Assembly: GCA_017963105.1 (NCBI GenBank)
Contig: JAGCTY010000175.1
Coordinates: forward strand, 51 to 64,050
Length of the DNA: 64,000 nucleotides
Reading direction: 5' to 3'
From: Lentisphaeria bacterium
Lineage (GTDB): Bacteria; Verrucomicrobiota; Lentisphaeria; Victivallales; UBA1829
The notes under the pieces were generated by a model. The model saw only the letters and a list, made by a program, of their open reading frames with translations. It did no database searches and had not been told where the DNA came from. The position numbers and the translations under genes were made by a program. Of the stretch, positions 9,147 to 19,264 are shown one piece after another (positions within the stretch are counted from its first letter, which is position 1; each line of letters starts with the position of its first letter).

Positions 9147-10083
9147 GCGTGGGCTCCGTTCGAGGTGGTTGGAATCGGTGGATCAGGATCTGCCAGCGCA
9201 GTTCGGCGCCGGATTTTTCCTTGAGATATTGTTCCGTCCGGTCGTCCGGGAGGCCGGCGAGCGTGCGGATTTCGTCCGAGGTCATGCGGAAAAGCGCGGC
9301 GTCCGGATTCGTGAACCCGGCTTTTTCGAGTTTCGCCCGCGCGGCGAAGAACGTGCGGCGTCCGGGGATGTTCCGCAGCACCAGAAATGCCGGAAACGCG
9401 AACGCGATGATCCAGAAAGGCCAGAGCGGAAGGCTCAGAAGGCCGGCGTAGACGACGATCTGGACGACGAGCAGCAGGACGACCGGGATCAGGAACACGA
9501 TCGCGTCCCATTCGCGGCGGAAACAGTTTCCGGTCCAGCGGCGGAACGCGCTGTCAGAGGTCATGTAGGCGAATTGTTCTTCGTACGGTTCGTCCTCCAG
9601 ACATCCCCGTACCGCATGGCACAGTTCGTGCGAAAGAAGCTCGTCGCGCCGGTAGATGAACCATTTCGGCTTGTTGCGGAACCCCCGGCGCAGGAAGAAG
9701 ACCGGGAACCCGGAGTCGGTGATGACCGTGCATCCGCCCCACAGCAGTCCGAGTCCGCGCGTCGGGAAGAACGCCGGCACCCAGTCGGCGCGGAATCCGA
9801 AGAGCTTTTCCGTTTTTTCGGCGGCTTCCGCGACGATTTCAGGATCGATCGGCTCGACTGCGCCGACCTTGAACCCGACTTCCGCCTCAAGCGACTCCGC
9901 GCCCGCCCGGTCGTCCGTGCAGAGGTCGAACCGAGCCCGCGTGCGCAAAAGCTCGTCGATGCGGGCCGCGAACGCCTCCAGGGTTTCCCCGGGCGCGGCG
10001 ATCAGCCCGTGCGAATCAAGTTCGTACGGGGTCGCCGGATTGTCCCAGTCGACGGACCAGGAATCTGTGCCGTTGAAAATCAC
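9124..10083 (-). CDS. hypothetical membrane protein with an HExxH motif (possible zinc metallopeptidase)
   Basis: 319 aa with an HELCH motif (LSHELCHAVRG) followed by two or three hydrophobic helices (IVFLIPVVLLLVVQIVVYAGLL, LWPFWIIAFAFPAFLVL). No named family recognised. Confidence 0.6.
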   Translation of the reverse strand: MIFNGTDSWSVDWDNPATPYELDSHGLIAAPGETLEAFAARIDELLRTRARFDLCTDDRAGAESLEAEVGFKVGAVEPIDPEIVAEAAEKTEKLFGFRADWVPAFFPTRGLGLLWGGCTVITDSGFPVFFLRRGFRNKPKWFIYRRDELLSHELCHAVRGCLEDEPYEEQFAYMTSDSAFRRWTGNCFRREWDAIVFLIPVVLLLVVQIVVYAGLLSLPLWPFWIIAFAFPAFLVLRNIPGRRTFFAARAKLEKAGFTNPDAALFRMTSDEIRTLAGLPDDRTEQYLKEKSGAELRWQILIHRFQPPRTEPTHENSFPE

Positions 10084-10386
10084 GCGAATAAACCTTTCGG
10101 ATCGTTGTCGTGCCGGATGAACCGCGGCCCCGCCCGTTTCTTCGCTGCGGACAGGCTTTGCGGACCGCGTCTTCAGGACTATAATTTTGTCCCCGGAGAC
10201 CGATTTTTCAAGCGGGATTCCTCAAAAAAACGGAAAAAGGGGCTTCCGGGACGAATATTCTTTTCAGCGAGAGAGCCGGGGCGCCCGGCAGACCCGGCGG
10301 AGAAACGGTGCGCCGTCTCCCCCTTTTCCTGTTCCATCCACAACGGGCCTTTCGTCCCCGGCATCCATGTTTTTCCGTCTTGCGGT

Positions 10387-10414
10387 TTGCATTTTAGTAA
10401 AAGGGTGCTATAGT
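10387..10414 (+). promoter_or_regulatory. sigma-70-type promoter upstream of nagB (TTGCAT-N16-TATAGT)
   Basis: ttgcat at 10387-10392 and tatagt at 10409-10414, with tgc immediately upstream of the -10 (extended -10). Confidence 0.5.
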
Positions 10415-10503
10415 ATATAGATTAACATGCCGGCGGGCGATGATCCTTTCAGGACATGTCCAAAGGCAAAACAAAAACACGTAAAACAGAAAGCAGGATG
10501 AGT

Positions 10504-11337
10504 ATGGATATCATCGTCATGCCGACCGCCGCGGAAGCGGAACTCCTCACCGCCCGCATCATCGCCGACGCCATCAACGCCAAACCGTTCTACAAACTGG
10601 GACTCGCCACTGGCCGCACCATGGAAAACGTGTATGCCAATCTGGTGAAGATGAACAAGGCCGGCAAGGTCGACTTCTCCCGCGTGATCTCGTTCAACCT
10701 CGACGAATACGTCGGTCTGAAAGGCACCGCCGAGAAGAACAAGGATTCCTACCGCTACTTCATGAATTACCATCTCTTCAACCACGTGAACATCGACAAG
10801 CGCAACACGCACGTGCCGAACGGCTTTGCCCCCGAGGACGAACTTGAGGCCGCGGCCGCCGCCTACGAAGAGGAAATGGAAGACGCCGGCGGCGTGGACA
10901 TGCAGCTCCTCGGCATCGGCCGCAGCGGACATATCGGATTCAACGAGCCGATGTCCTCCTTCTCCAGCCGCACCCGCGTGGTGACGCTCACGAAGACCAC
11001 CTTCGAACAGAACTCCCCGCTCTTCAAGAAGCCGGAAGACATGCCGATGCGCGCCATGACCATGGGCGTGGGAACCTGCCTCGACGCCAAGCGCCTCCTG
11101 CTCCTGGCCACCCACAAGGAAAAAGCCAACATCGTGGCGGCCGCGCTCGAAGGCCCCGTCACCGGCATGATCTCCGCCACCGCGCTCCAGCTCCATGAAA
11201 ACGCGGTCGTGGTCCTGGACGCCGACGCTGCTTCCAAGCTCAAATACAAGGAAGAATACGCGTTCCAGTTCGCCAACGATCCGAAGTGGGCCGCCTACCA
11301 GCCCGCCAAGTGTAAATCCTCCCGCAAAGCGAAGTAA
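10504..11337 (+). CDS. nagB: glucosamine-6-phosphate deaminase
   Basis: Blocks LGLATGRTM...FNLDEYVGL...LLGIGRSGHIGFNEP. The track ORF starts at 10456. I prefer ATG 10504 (MDIIVMP...) because AGGA lies 5 nt upstream. The exact start is uncertain. Confidence 0.88.
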   Translation: MDIIVMPTAAEAELLTARIIADAINAKPFYKLGLATGRTMENVYANLVKMNKAGKVDFSRVISFNLDEYVGLKGTAEKNKDSYRYFMNYHLFNHVNIDKRNTHVPNGFAPEDELEAAAAAYEEEMEDAGGVDMQLLGIGRSGHIGFNEPMSSFSSRTRVVTLTKTTFEQNSPLFKKPEDMPMRAMTMGVGTCLDAKRLLLLATHKEKANIVAAALEGPVTGMISATALQLHENAVVVLDADAASKLKYKEEYAFQFANDPKWAAYQPAKCKSSRKAK

Positions 11338-11358
11338 GAAACAGGGAAGACTGCTCCT

Positions 11359-11814
11359 ATGAAAATCCTCGTCATCAACGGACCGAACATGCAGCTGCTC
11401 GGACGGCGCAAAGCCGAGTTCTACGGGACCAGAACGCTCCCGGAGATCGAGGCCGGCCTCCGCTCGGTGGCCGATGCGCTCGGCGTGACGGTCGAGTTTT
11501 TCCAGAGCAACCACGAAGGCGCGATCTGCGACAGGATCGCAGAAGCGATAACGGGCGGGGTCGACGGCATCGTCATCAACCCCGCCGCCTATACCCATAC
11601 GAGCATCGCCATCCACGATGCGCTGGAAGCCGCCGCGATCCCCGCGGTCGAGGTGCACATGAGCAATATCCATGCGCGGGACGATTTCCGCCGGACGTCG
11701 CTCACCGCCCCCGCCTGCGTCGCGCAGATCGCCGGCCTGGGAGCCGACGGGTACGAGTTCGCCCTCCGGGCGCTTGTCCGCCGTCTCTCCGCCGATTCCG
11801 GTCAAACCCGCTAA
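11359..11814 (+). CDS. aroQ: type II 3-dehydroquinate dehydratase
   Basis: 151 aa: MKILVINGPNMQLLGRR...FQSNHEGAICDRI...IVINPAAYTHTSIAIHDAL...VEVHMSNIHARDDFRR. Confidence 0.92.
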   Translation: MKILVINGPNMQLLGRRKAEFYGTRTLPEIEAGLRSVADALGVTVEFFQSNHEGAICDRIAEAITGGVDGIVINPAAYTHTSIAIHDALEAAAIPAVEVHMSNIHARDDFRRTSLTAPACVAQIAGLGADGYEFALRALVRRLSADSGQTR

Positions 11815-11848
11815 CCAACCCCATTCAACGCAAAACCCCGGGTGCAAT

Positions 11849-12346
11849 ATGAAAATCGATGAAATCAAAACGATCGTGAAACTCATGTCGGACAACGATC
11901 TGACCGAGTTCAAAATCGAATCGGAAGAAATGACGCTCTGTCTCCGCAGGGCCGCGCGTCAGCAGTCCGCTCCCGCACCTGTGTTCGTTCCGACTGCCGT
12001 TCCCGCGGCCGCCGCCCCCGCTGTCTCCATCCCCGCCCCCATCCCCGCCGCCGTTCAGGAACCGGCCGGGCCCGCTCCCGCGGCTACCGCCGGGCATGCC
12101 GCGCCGGATCCGTCCAAGGTCATCGAATCCCCCACCGTCGGCACGTTCTACCGTTCGCCCTCCCCGGGCGCCGAGCCGTTCGTGAAGGTCGGCAGCCATG
12201 TGGAGGCCGACACGACCGTGGCCGTGGTCGAGGCGATGAAGGTCATGAACGAGATCAAGGCCGAAAAGAGCGGCGTGGTCAAGGAAATCCTTCTGGAGAA
12301 CGGCCAGCCGGTGGAATACGGCCAGCCGCTTTTCGTGCTTGAGTAA
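11849..12346 (+). CDS. accB: acetyl-CoA carboxylase biotin carboxyl carrier protein
   Basis: Start taken at ATG 11849 ([24 protein letters not shown]). It has a Pro/Ala linker and the biotinyl-lysine motif [10 protein letters not shown]. The longer track ORF (start 11672) overlaps aroQ. Confidence 0.9.
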   Translation: MKIDEIKTIVKLMSDNDLTEFKIESEEMTLCLRRAARQQSAPAPVFVPTAVPAAAAPAVSIPAPIPAAVQEPAGPAPAATAGHAAPDPSKVIESPTVGTFYRSPSPGAEPFVKVGSHVEADTTVAVVEAMKVMNEIKAEKSGVVKEILLENGQPVEYGQPLFVLE

Positions 12347-12369
12347 TCACCGCCGGAGACTGGTTCCCC

Positions 12370-13755
12370 ATGTTCAATAAAATCCTGATCGCCAACCGCG
12401 GCGAAATCGCCGTGCGCATCATCCGCACCTGCCGCGAGATGGGCATCAAAACCGTAGTCGTCTATTCCCAGGCCGACGAGGACAGTCTGCCCGTCCGCCT
12501 GGCCGACGAGGCCGTCTGCATCGGGCCTGCTCCCGCCACGCAGAGCTACCTCATGATCGAGCGTATCATCAGCGTGGCCGAGATCGGCGACGTCGACGCC
12601 ATCCATCCGGGCTACGGGTTCCTTTCCGAAAATCCCCACTTCGCCCAGATCTGCAAGGACTGCAAGATCGAGTTCATCGGCCCCACCGCCGAACAGATGA
12701 GCGCCATGGGCGACAAGGCCTCCGCGCGCGAAACTATGCGCAAGGCCGGCGTGCCCGTCACGCCCGGCAGCAACAGCGTCGTTCCCACCGAGGATGCCGC
12801 GCTCGAAGAGGCCCACAAGCTCGGTTATCCCGTCATCATCAAGGCGACCGCTGGCGGCGGCGGACGCGGCATGCGTGTGGCGCACAACGACGCCAGCCTG
12901 ATCCAGGGGTTCCACGCCGCCATGACCGAGGCGGAACGCGCTTTCGGCAACGGCGACGTCTACATCGAGAAGTTCATCGGCAACCCCAAGCACATCGAGG
13001 TGCAGATCCTCGCCGACAAGTTCGGCAACGTGATCTGCCTCGGCGAACGCGACTGCTCGCTCCAGCGCCGCCACCAGAAGCTCATCGAGGAGTCTCCCTC
13101 CCCGTCGATCTCCCCCGCGCTCCGCAAGAAGCTCTACGAGGCCGCGATCAAGGCCGCCAAGGCCGTCGGCTACACCAGCGCCGGCACGATCGAGTTCCTC
13201 GTCTCCGGCAACAATTTCTACTTCATGGAGATGAACACCCGCGTCCAGGTCGAGCACACCGTGACCGAAATGGTCAGCGGCCTCGACATCATCCGGGAAC
13301 AGATCCGGATCGCCGCGGGCGAACGCCTCAGCGTCCAGCAGAAGCAGATCGCGCTCCGCGGATGTGCCATCGAATGCCGCATCAACGCCGAAAACCCGTA
13401 CTGCAATTTCGCGCCGTCGCCGGGCACGCTGACATTCTACTCCGCGCCGGGCGGCCCGGGAGTCCGCGTGGATTCGCACGTCTACGCCGGATACCGCATC
13501 CCGCCGCATTACGACAGCATGATCTCGAAGCTGATCGTGCACGCCGCCACCCGCGAGGAAGCGGTCGCGCGGTGCAAACGGGCGCTCGACGAGTACCTGA
13601 TCGAGGGTGTCCCGACCACGATCCCGTTCGAGCATTTCCTGATCGAGACGCCCGAATTCATGTCGGGCAACTATGACACCACCCTGATCGAACGCCTGAT
13701 GAAGGGCGGCTATTTCGAACAGCAAACCGCGATCCGCAAGGAACTCGCGAAATAA
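12370..13755 (+). CDS. accC: acetyl-CoA carboxylase biotin carboxylase subunit
   Basis: 461 aa: [26 protein letters not shown]...GYGFLSEN...[15 protein letters not shown]...[17 protein letters not shown]. Confidence 0.95.
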   Translation: MFNKILIANRGEIAVRIIRTCREMGIKTVVVYSQADEDSLPVRLADEAVCIGPAPATQSYLMIERIISVAEIGDVDAIHPGYGFLSENPHFAQICKDCKIEFIGPTAEQMSAMGDKASARETMRKAGVPVTPGSNSVVPTEDAALEEAHKLGYPVIIKATAGGGGRGMRVAHNDASLIQGFHAAMTEAERAFGNGDVYIEKFIGNPKHIEVQILADKFGNVICLGERDCSLQRRHQKLIEESPSPSISPALRKKLYEAAIKAAKAVGYTSAGTIEFLVSGNNFYFMEMNTRVQVEHTVTEMVSGLDIIREQIRIAAGERLSVQQKQIALRGCAIECRINAENPYCNFAPSPGTLTFYSAPGGPGVRVDSHVYAGYRIPPHYDSMISKLIVHAATREEAVARCKRALDEYLIEGVPTTIPFEHFLIETPEFMSGNYDTTLIERLMKGGYFEQQTAIRKELAK

Positions 13756-13782
13756 CCATATCAACCAAAGGAGGCATGGACA

Positions 13783-14226
13783 ATGAGCAATACGCAGCAA
13801 GCCGAATTTGTTTCCACTGTCCCCGGCGCCTACGAGGTCAACGGCGCCGCCGTCGGTACGATCCGGATCCTCGACGGAGCCATTTCCACCATCGTCAAGC
13901 GCACTGTGCTCGGGATCGAGGGCGTGGCCCGCCTTTCCGGCAGTTCCCTGATCGACGATTTTGCCGATCTCGTCCGAAGCAAACGTATGCAGGACCGTTC
14001 CATCCAGATCGAGCACAAGGATAAGTCGGTCGCGGTCACTGTCGCGGTCAACCCCTATTTCGGCTACAAGTTCCCCCCCCTGATCGCGGAAATCCAGCGG
14101 AAAGTCGCCGATGCCGTCCTTGAGATGACCGGCATCAAGGTCTCTTCCGTCAATGTGGACGTCAAGGGCATCGAGGATCCTCCCGAGGAGGAGGAATCCG
14201 CTGAATCCGGGAAAGAAACCGAATAA
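13783..14226 (+). CDS. Asp23/Gls24-family envelope stress protein
   Basis: 147 aa. Pattern I..I....V..V.GV..L, a central beta-rich core and an acidic tail (PPEEEESAESGKETE), typical of alkaline-shock-protein-23-like proteins. Confidence 0.7.
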   Translation: MSNTQQAEFVSTVPGAYEVNGAAVGTIRILDGAISTIVKRTVLGIEGVARLSGSSLIDDFADLVRSKRMQDRSIQIEHKDKSVAVTVAVNPYFGYKFPPLIAEIQRKVADAVLEMTGIKVSSVNVDVKGIEDPPEEEESAESGKETE

Positions 14227-14238
14227 AGGAGAAGCATC

Positions 14239-14664
14239 ATGGCCAAAGAAACCAGCAAACAGCCCGCCGCGGAACCCGCGGCCTACACGGTCCACGAAAG
14301 CGTCATCATCTCCCTCGCCAGGAAGGCCGTCGAAGGCATTCCCGGCTTCGTCAGGTTCTCCGGCTCCTCCTCCATCGTGTCCGACCTGGCCGACCTCGTC
14401 GGCAGCAAGCGCCGCTTCGACAAGTCCATCGTCGTGACCGAGGCCGACGGCGCCGTCAGCCTCGAAATCCTGATCGTCACGGCCTACGGCTCCAAGTTCG
14501 GAGAAGTCGCCGCCGCCGTCCAGAAGGCGGTCTACGACCAGATCGTCGATTTTACCGGCATGACCGTGAAGAGCGTCGACGTGGTGATCACAGACACGGA
14601 GGACACTCCCGAAGAGGAAAAGGAGGACGACGGTGACGTCGTCGAGGGCGAAATCATTCAATAA
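14239..14664 (+). CDS. Asp23/Gls24-family protein (paralogue of the preceding gene)
   Basis: 141 aa, alignable by eye with 13783-14226 (LARKAVEGIPGFVRFSGSS...DLADLVGSKR...), with an acidic tail. Confidence 0.7.
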   Translation: MAKETSKQPAAEPAAYTVHESVIISLARKAVEGIPGFVRFSGSSSIVSDLADLVGSKRRFDKSIVVTEADGAVSLEILIVTAYGSKFGEVAAAVQKAVYDQIVDFTGMTVKSVDVVITDTEDTPEEEKEDDGDVVEGEIIQ

Positions 14665-14785
14665 GGGTATTCCTGCTGATTGCGTCGGGCGGTTTTTCCG
14701 CGGAAAGACGCCGGAGACCAATTAGCAGCGATGCCCGCAACCCATTGTTTGGGAGGTCGTTTCCTCCCGGAAAGGCGGATGCGGC

Positions 14786-15325
14786 ATGTTCCAGTCGCTT
14801 CGACAGCTCGCGGAAAGAACCGGTTCCATCATCGCGGAGAGGCCTTTTGCCTGGGGAGTCCTGGCCGGACTTGCCGCCGCGCTCGTCCTTCTTTTGGTTT
14901 TTCTTCTGCTCGGTCTCATTTCCCGCTCCCGCAAACTCCGCCGCATCGTGATCCCGTCCGAAGGCGGCGAGCTCCGCATCGACGCGAAGGCGGTGCAGGG
15001 CGCGGTCCGTTCGGTCGCGGAGAATTTCCCCGCGTTCGTCGTCCGGCGCGTCACGCTGTACGGCAAACAGGACGCGGTCGATCTTGAAGTCGCGATGGAC
15101 TTCAGGGGCGGGGACGCGGATGTCTCCCTTTCGGACCTGTCCGTGCGGTTCCGCGCCGCGGTCGCCCGGATGATGACGGAGACCTTCGGCATGGAAAAGC
15201 CCGCACGGATCGAACTTGAAATCCTGCGTTCCGTCGCGTCGATCCCGGATTCCGCCGCGGAATCCGAACCAGCCGGAAAGCCTGCGGAACCCGTGCCCGA
15301 CTCCGAATCCGGACCGTCATGCTGA
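14786..15325 (+). CDS. membrane-anchored protein, possibly an AmaP-like Asp23 anchor
   Basis: 179 aa with one N-terminal TM helix (WGVLAGLAAALVLLLVFLLLGLI) followed by a soluble domain. The call rests on its position directly after two Asp23 genes and is contextual only. Confidence 0.45.
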   Translation: MFQSLRQLAERTGSIIAERPFAWGVLAGLAAALVLLLVFLLLGLISRSRKLRRIVIPSEGGELRIDAKAVQGAVRSVAENFPAFVVRRVTLYGKQDAVDLEVAMDFRGGDADVSLSDLSVRFRAAVARMMTETFGMEKPARIELEILRSVASIPDSAAESEPAGKPAEPVPDSESGPSC

Positions 15326-17022
15326 AGTTTCTGCGCGAGATCCGGCAGACCCTTCCGCCCGGCTACAAGTATGCCGCGGTCGGACTTGCGGCGATGATGG
15401 TCGTGTCGGCGCTGCTTGAGCTTGCGGCGCTCGCGCTGGTGATGCCGGTGGCGTCCGCGCTGGCCGCGCCGGAGCTTCTGGAGTCCAACCGCTGGCTCCA
15501 TGCTTTTTACGAATTCGCCGCGCCGTCCTCACGCGAAGCGTTCCTTCTGGAATCCGTCGCGGTCCTCACGCTCTTTTTCGTTTTCAAAAACGTTTTCGGG
15601 TTCATCCTGACGAAGTGCCAGAACCGTTTCTGCCGCGACCTTTCCGTGAACCTGGCAGGGCGGCTCTACCGCACATACATGCGCGCGGACTATACGTTCC
15701 ATCTGGAGCACGGCGCGTCGGAGCTGATCGGCCGGATCATGCAGATGCGCGAGGTGGCTGAGATCCTGCTGATGCCGGCCCTGGTGGCGCTTTCCGAATC
15801 GGTCGTCTTCCTGTCGATCCTGGCCGTTGTCTTCATGCTCGTGCCGAAGATCGCGCTCGTCGCGTTCCTGGTCTGCGGCACGGTCGTCCTGGTCTTCCAT
15901 AAACTTTTCAAGCGCGTCCTGGACGCCGCCTCGAAAAAGCTCTTCGCGGCGAACGGCGAATCCACGCGCACCATGAATCAGAGTTTCGCCGCGATCCGCG
16001 AGGTGAAGCTGACCGGAAGCGAGGCGTATTTCGGGCGGCGGCTGGAGCAGGCGCAGTTCAACATCGTGAACGCCGTCAAAATTCGCCACGACCTGGGGCA
16101 GCTCCCGCGGTTCTCCCTCGAAGTCTTCGTCGTCGCGGCGGCGGGCGCCCTGGTCGCCGTCCTGACCTGGATGGGGATGCCCTCCTCACGCCTGATCCTC
16201 TACGCCGCGTTTTTCCTGGCGGCGATGTTCCGCCTGATCCCGTCCGTCTCCCGGATGCAGTACAACCTGATCCTCGTGCGCGGGATGCTGTACGTGTTCG
16301 AACGCCTCAGCGGCGACCTGAACACGATCCCGGCGGAAAAGGTCCTGCCCGCCCCTGCCGCCCCGGACGTGCATTTCGAACGCGAACTCCGCATGGAACA
16401 TGTGATGTTCCGCTATGCTCCGGACCGTCCGGTGGTCTTCGAGGACTTCAGCATGTCCGTGAAACGCCTCGAATGCGTGGCGGTCGTCGGACCGACCGGC
16501 AGCGGCAAGTCGACGCTGATCGACCTCGTGATGGGGTTCCTGAAACCCGAATCCGGGCGCGTGACCGTCGACGGCGCCGACATCCGCACGAACCTGCGTT
16601 CGTGGCGCGGACGCATCGGCTACGTGCCGCAGTCGATCTGCCTCTTCGACGACACGATCCGCGCGAACGTGGCGTTTGGCGTGGAGCCGGACCGGATCGA
16701 TGACGCCCGCGTGAAAAAAGCGCTGGAACTGGCGCAGATCGCGGAGTTCGTCGATTCCCTCCCCGATAAACTGAATACCCGGCTGGGCGAATTCGGCGCG
16801 CGGCTCTCCGGCGGGCAGAGACAGCGCATCGCCATCGCCCGCGCGCTGTACTCCGAACCCGAACTCCTGATCCTCGACGAGGCCACGAGCGCGCTGGACG
16901 ACGACACGGAAGCCGCCCTGATCGACGCGCTGAATTCCCTGAAGGGCAAGATCACGATCCTCATGATCGCGCACCGCGCCGGAAGCCTCCGCCACTGCGA
17001 CCGCAGGATCGAACTGAACTGA
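15319..17022 (+). CDS. ABC transporter, fused permease/ATPase (MsbA-like exporter)
   Basis: 567 aa: six-helix TMD followed by an NBD with Walker A GPTGSGKST, signature LSGGQRQR and Walker B LLILDEATSALD. Confidence 0.9.
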   Translation: MLKFLREIRQTLPPGYKYAAVGLAAMMVVSALLELAALALVMPVASALAAPELLESNRWLHAFYEFAAPSSREAFLLESVAVLTLFFVFKNVFGFILTKCQNRFCRDLSVNLAGRLYRTYMRADYTFHLEHGASELIGRIMQMREVAEILLMPALVALSESVVFLSILAVVFMLVPKIALVAFLVCGTVVLVFHKLFKRVLDAASKKLFAANGESTRTMNQSFAAIREVKLTGSEAYFGRRLEQAQFNIVNAVKIRHDLGQLPRFSLEVFVVAAAGALVAVLTWMGMPSSRLILYAAFFLAAMFRLIPSVSRMQYNLILVRGMLYVFERLSGDLNTIPAEKVLPAPAAPDVHFERELRMEHVMFRYAPDRPVVFEDFSMSVKRLECVAVVGPTGSGKSTLIDLVMGFLKPESGRVTVDGADIRTNLRSWRGRIGYVPQSICLFDDTIRANVAFGVEPDRIDDARVKKALELAQIAEFVDSLPDKLNTRLGEFGARLSGGQRQRIAIARALYSEPELLILDEATSALDDDTEAALIDALNSLKGKITILMIAHRAGSLRHCDRRIELN

Positions 17023-17069
17023 ACTGAACAGGCGGATCCAGTCGCGCCCGCGAAGGTGATCCGCTCCGT

Positions 17070-18194
17070 TCAGCGCTTCCCTTTTTCCAGTACATCCGCG
17101 AACACGCGGGCGCGCGAACAGAAATCCTCTTTCATCGCATAGGCCAGCGTCTGCTTCTTGAGCTCGTCCAGGCGCGGCAGCATCTCCGACAGCTTCTTCA
17201 CCAGCTCATCATGTCCGAACGGGCTTTCCAGCACGGTCCCTGTCGCATTCTGCACGAATGGTGCGAACCCGCAGATGTCCGTCGTGAGCACGGGCAGGCC
17301 GGCGGCCAGCGCCTCGATCAGGGCCGATCCGGCGGATTCGTTGCGCGCGGGATGCAGGAAAAGATCGGCGCCGAGCATGAAATCCCGCACGCCGTCGGTC
17401 TGTCCGAACAGAACGGTCTGTCCGGCGAGTCCGGCGTCATGGAGAGCTTTCCGTATTTCATTTTCGGGGAGCTTGCCGATCAGCCACAGCCGGATACCTT
17501 TCTTCCATTCGTCCGGCAGCGCCCCGACGGCGGCGATGGCACGGTCCGTCCCCTTGTTATAGATGCTGTTCGACACAATGAGGACGACCGTATCGTCCGG
17601 CGTCGCCAGGTTCGTCCTGCGGATTTCGGCCCGGATTGCCTCCGCCTCCGGTTCCGGCGGACGGCGGCAGGCCGGGTCCATGCCCGGCGGCAGCAGGAAC
17701 ATCCGGTCCTGCTCCGTGCCGTACGCGGCGGCGTAGTCGCGCATCTGCGCCTGTGCGATGCAGGCGATGCGCGTGGAGGACGGCGGGGCGGCGACGGCGC
17801 GTTCCAGCCGCAGGAAGGCGGCGTAGCGCGGATTGAACCGCAGGGCAAACGCCGAATGCAGGTTCGGCCAGTAGGTCTTCATGCAGACATCGGCGGCGAA
17901 ATAATAATCCGCGCCGGGGATGCGGCTCATCGCCACGGAAACATCGAAGTCGCGCCGTTCGAGGCGGCGGCGGAACGCCCCGGCGAACCGCAGCATGTTG
18001 GCGTGGTTGGAACGCAGTTTCGAGGCGGGAATAAGCTCAAGTTCCGTTCCGGCGGGCGGCTCCGGACCGTCCCAGGCGGTCGTGAAGACGACGACCTCGT
18101 GGCCGCGCCCGGTAAGCTCCTGAATCAGGCGGAGGGTGTCGCGCTGGAGCCCGCCGAACGGGTTGTATTTGTAAATCGCGAGCAGGAATTTCAT
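17070..18194 (-). CDS. waaG: lipopolysaccharide core glucosyltransferase I-like GT4 enzyme
   Basis: Start at ATG 18194 (MKFLLAIYKYNPFGGLQRDTLRLIQELTGRGHEVVVFT), which closely resembles the WaaG/RfaG N-terminus. The track ORF extends upstream into mutY. The ATGA overlap with the mutY stop supports this start. Confidence 0.8.
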   Translation of the reverse strand: MKFLLAIYKYNPFGGLQRDTLRLIQELTGRGHEVVVFTTAWDGPEPPAGTELELIPASKLRSNHANMLRFAGAFRRRLERRDFDVSVAMSRIPGADYYFAADVCMKTYWPNLHSAFALRFNPRYAAFLRLERAVAAPPSSTRIACIAQAQMRDYAAAYGTEQDRMFLLPPGMDPACRRPPEPEAEAIRAEIRRTNLATPDDTVVLIVSNSIYNKGTDRAIAAVGALPDEWKKGIRLWLIGKLPENEIRKALHDAGLAGQTVLFGQTDGVRDFMLGADLFLHPARNESAGSALIEALAAGLPVLTTDICGFAPFVQNATGTVLESPFGHDELVKKLSEMLPRLDELKKQTLAYAMKEDFCSRARVFADVLEKGKR

Positions 18195-19264
18195 GATTTG
18201 CCTCCTGGGAAGGAATCGGGATCGAGGGCGAGTTCGAGCGCAGCCCGGAACGCGCTGGGGATGGCGGTCTCCGAACGGAGGGCGTCGCGCGGGACCCACT
18301 CGAAGCCGTCGGGCGGATCGCCGGTTTCGGCGAGATACAGCGTCATGTCCCATTCCACATGGGTGAAGACATGCCGCGCCCTGCCGGTTTTCGCGATCCT
18401 GACGGCCCGGAACGCCGTTTTGAGCGCGGTTTCGTCGGGATGTCCCTCCAGGTTCGGGAATTCGTAAAGCCCCGCCAGAAGGCCCGTTTCCGGCCTTCTG
18501 CGCACCGCGAAGCGTCCGGCCGCGTCCCGCAGGACGACCACCGCGAATTCCTTCATGGGCCGCGCCGCCTTGGTCTTGCGGACCGGTATCTCGTCCGTAA
18601 GGCCTTTTTGCGAAGCCAGGCAGATGTCCGTGAGCGGGCAGGTCAGGCAGAGAGGCGCGCCGTTCGGCAGACAGACCATCGCGCCGAGTTCCATCAGGCT
18701 CTGCGTGAACTCGCTGCACTTTCCCGCCGGATACACGGCGGCGAGCGCGCCGGTCAGCTCCCTGCGGATATTCGGCGAGTCGATGTCCTCGCGGCTGGCC
18801 ACCAGACGCGACACGACGCGCAGGACGTTCCCGTCGACCGCGGGGAACGGTTTCCCGAACGCGATGGAGAGGATGGCCCCGGCGGTGTAGTCGCCGACGC
18901 CGGGCAGGCCGCGCACACTTTCATAATCGGACGGGAAGACGCCGCCGTGGTCATATATGATCTTCTTCGCGGCGGCCTGGAGGTTGCGGGCGCGCCGGTA
19001 GTAGCCGAGCCCCTCCCAGAGCTTGAGCAGACGCGTTTCGTCGACGGCCGCGAGCGCGGCGACGTCCGGGAGTTCGGCGAGGAACCTGTCGTAGTACGGC
19101 TTGACCGCCTCGACGCGCGTCTGCTGGAGCATGATCTCGGAAATCCACACGCGGTAGGGCGTCGGGTCGTTGCGCCATTCCAGGTCGCGTTTCGCGCGGA
19201 GGAACCACGGCACGAGGAGGCCGGGCAGCTGCGCGAGGCGTTCGGCGGGGAAGTGTTCGCTCAT
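18191..19264 (-). CDS. mutY: A/G-specific adenine DNA glycosylase
   Basis: Start at ATG 19264 (MSEHFPAERL...). Blocks: PYRVWISEIMLQQTRVEAV, the HhH-GPD motif GLPGVGDYTAGAILSIAF, a Cys cluster (CLPNGAPLCLTCPLTDIC) and a NUDIX-like C-terminus. Confidence 0.9.
   Translation of the reverse strand: MSEHFPAERLAQLPGLLVPWFLRAKRDLEWRNDPTPYRVWISEIMLQQTRVEAVKPYYDRFLAELPDVAALAAVDETRLLKLWEGLGYYRRARNLQAAAKKIIYDHGGVFPSDYESVRGLPGVGDYTAGAILSIAFGKPFPAVDGNVLRVVSRLVASREDIDSPNIRRELTGALAAVYPAGKCSEFTQSLMELGAMVCLPNGAPLCLTCPLTDICLASQKGLTDEIPVRKTKAARPMKEFAVVVLRDAAGRFAVRRRPETGLLAGLYEFPNLEGHPDETALKTAFRAVRIAKTGRARHVFTHVEWDMTLYLAETGDPPDGFEWVPRDALRSETAIPSAFRAALELALDPDSFPGGKS

Noticed and set aside
12148-14721. 857-aa minus-strand ORF
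   Set aside because: It is antisense to accC and the two Asp23 genes. No motifs were recognised, and it looks like a G+C-driven artefact.
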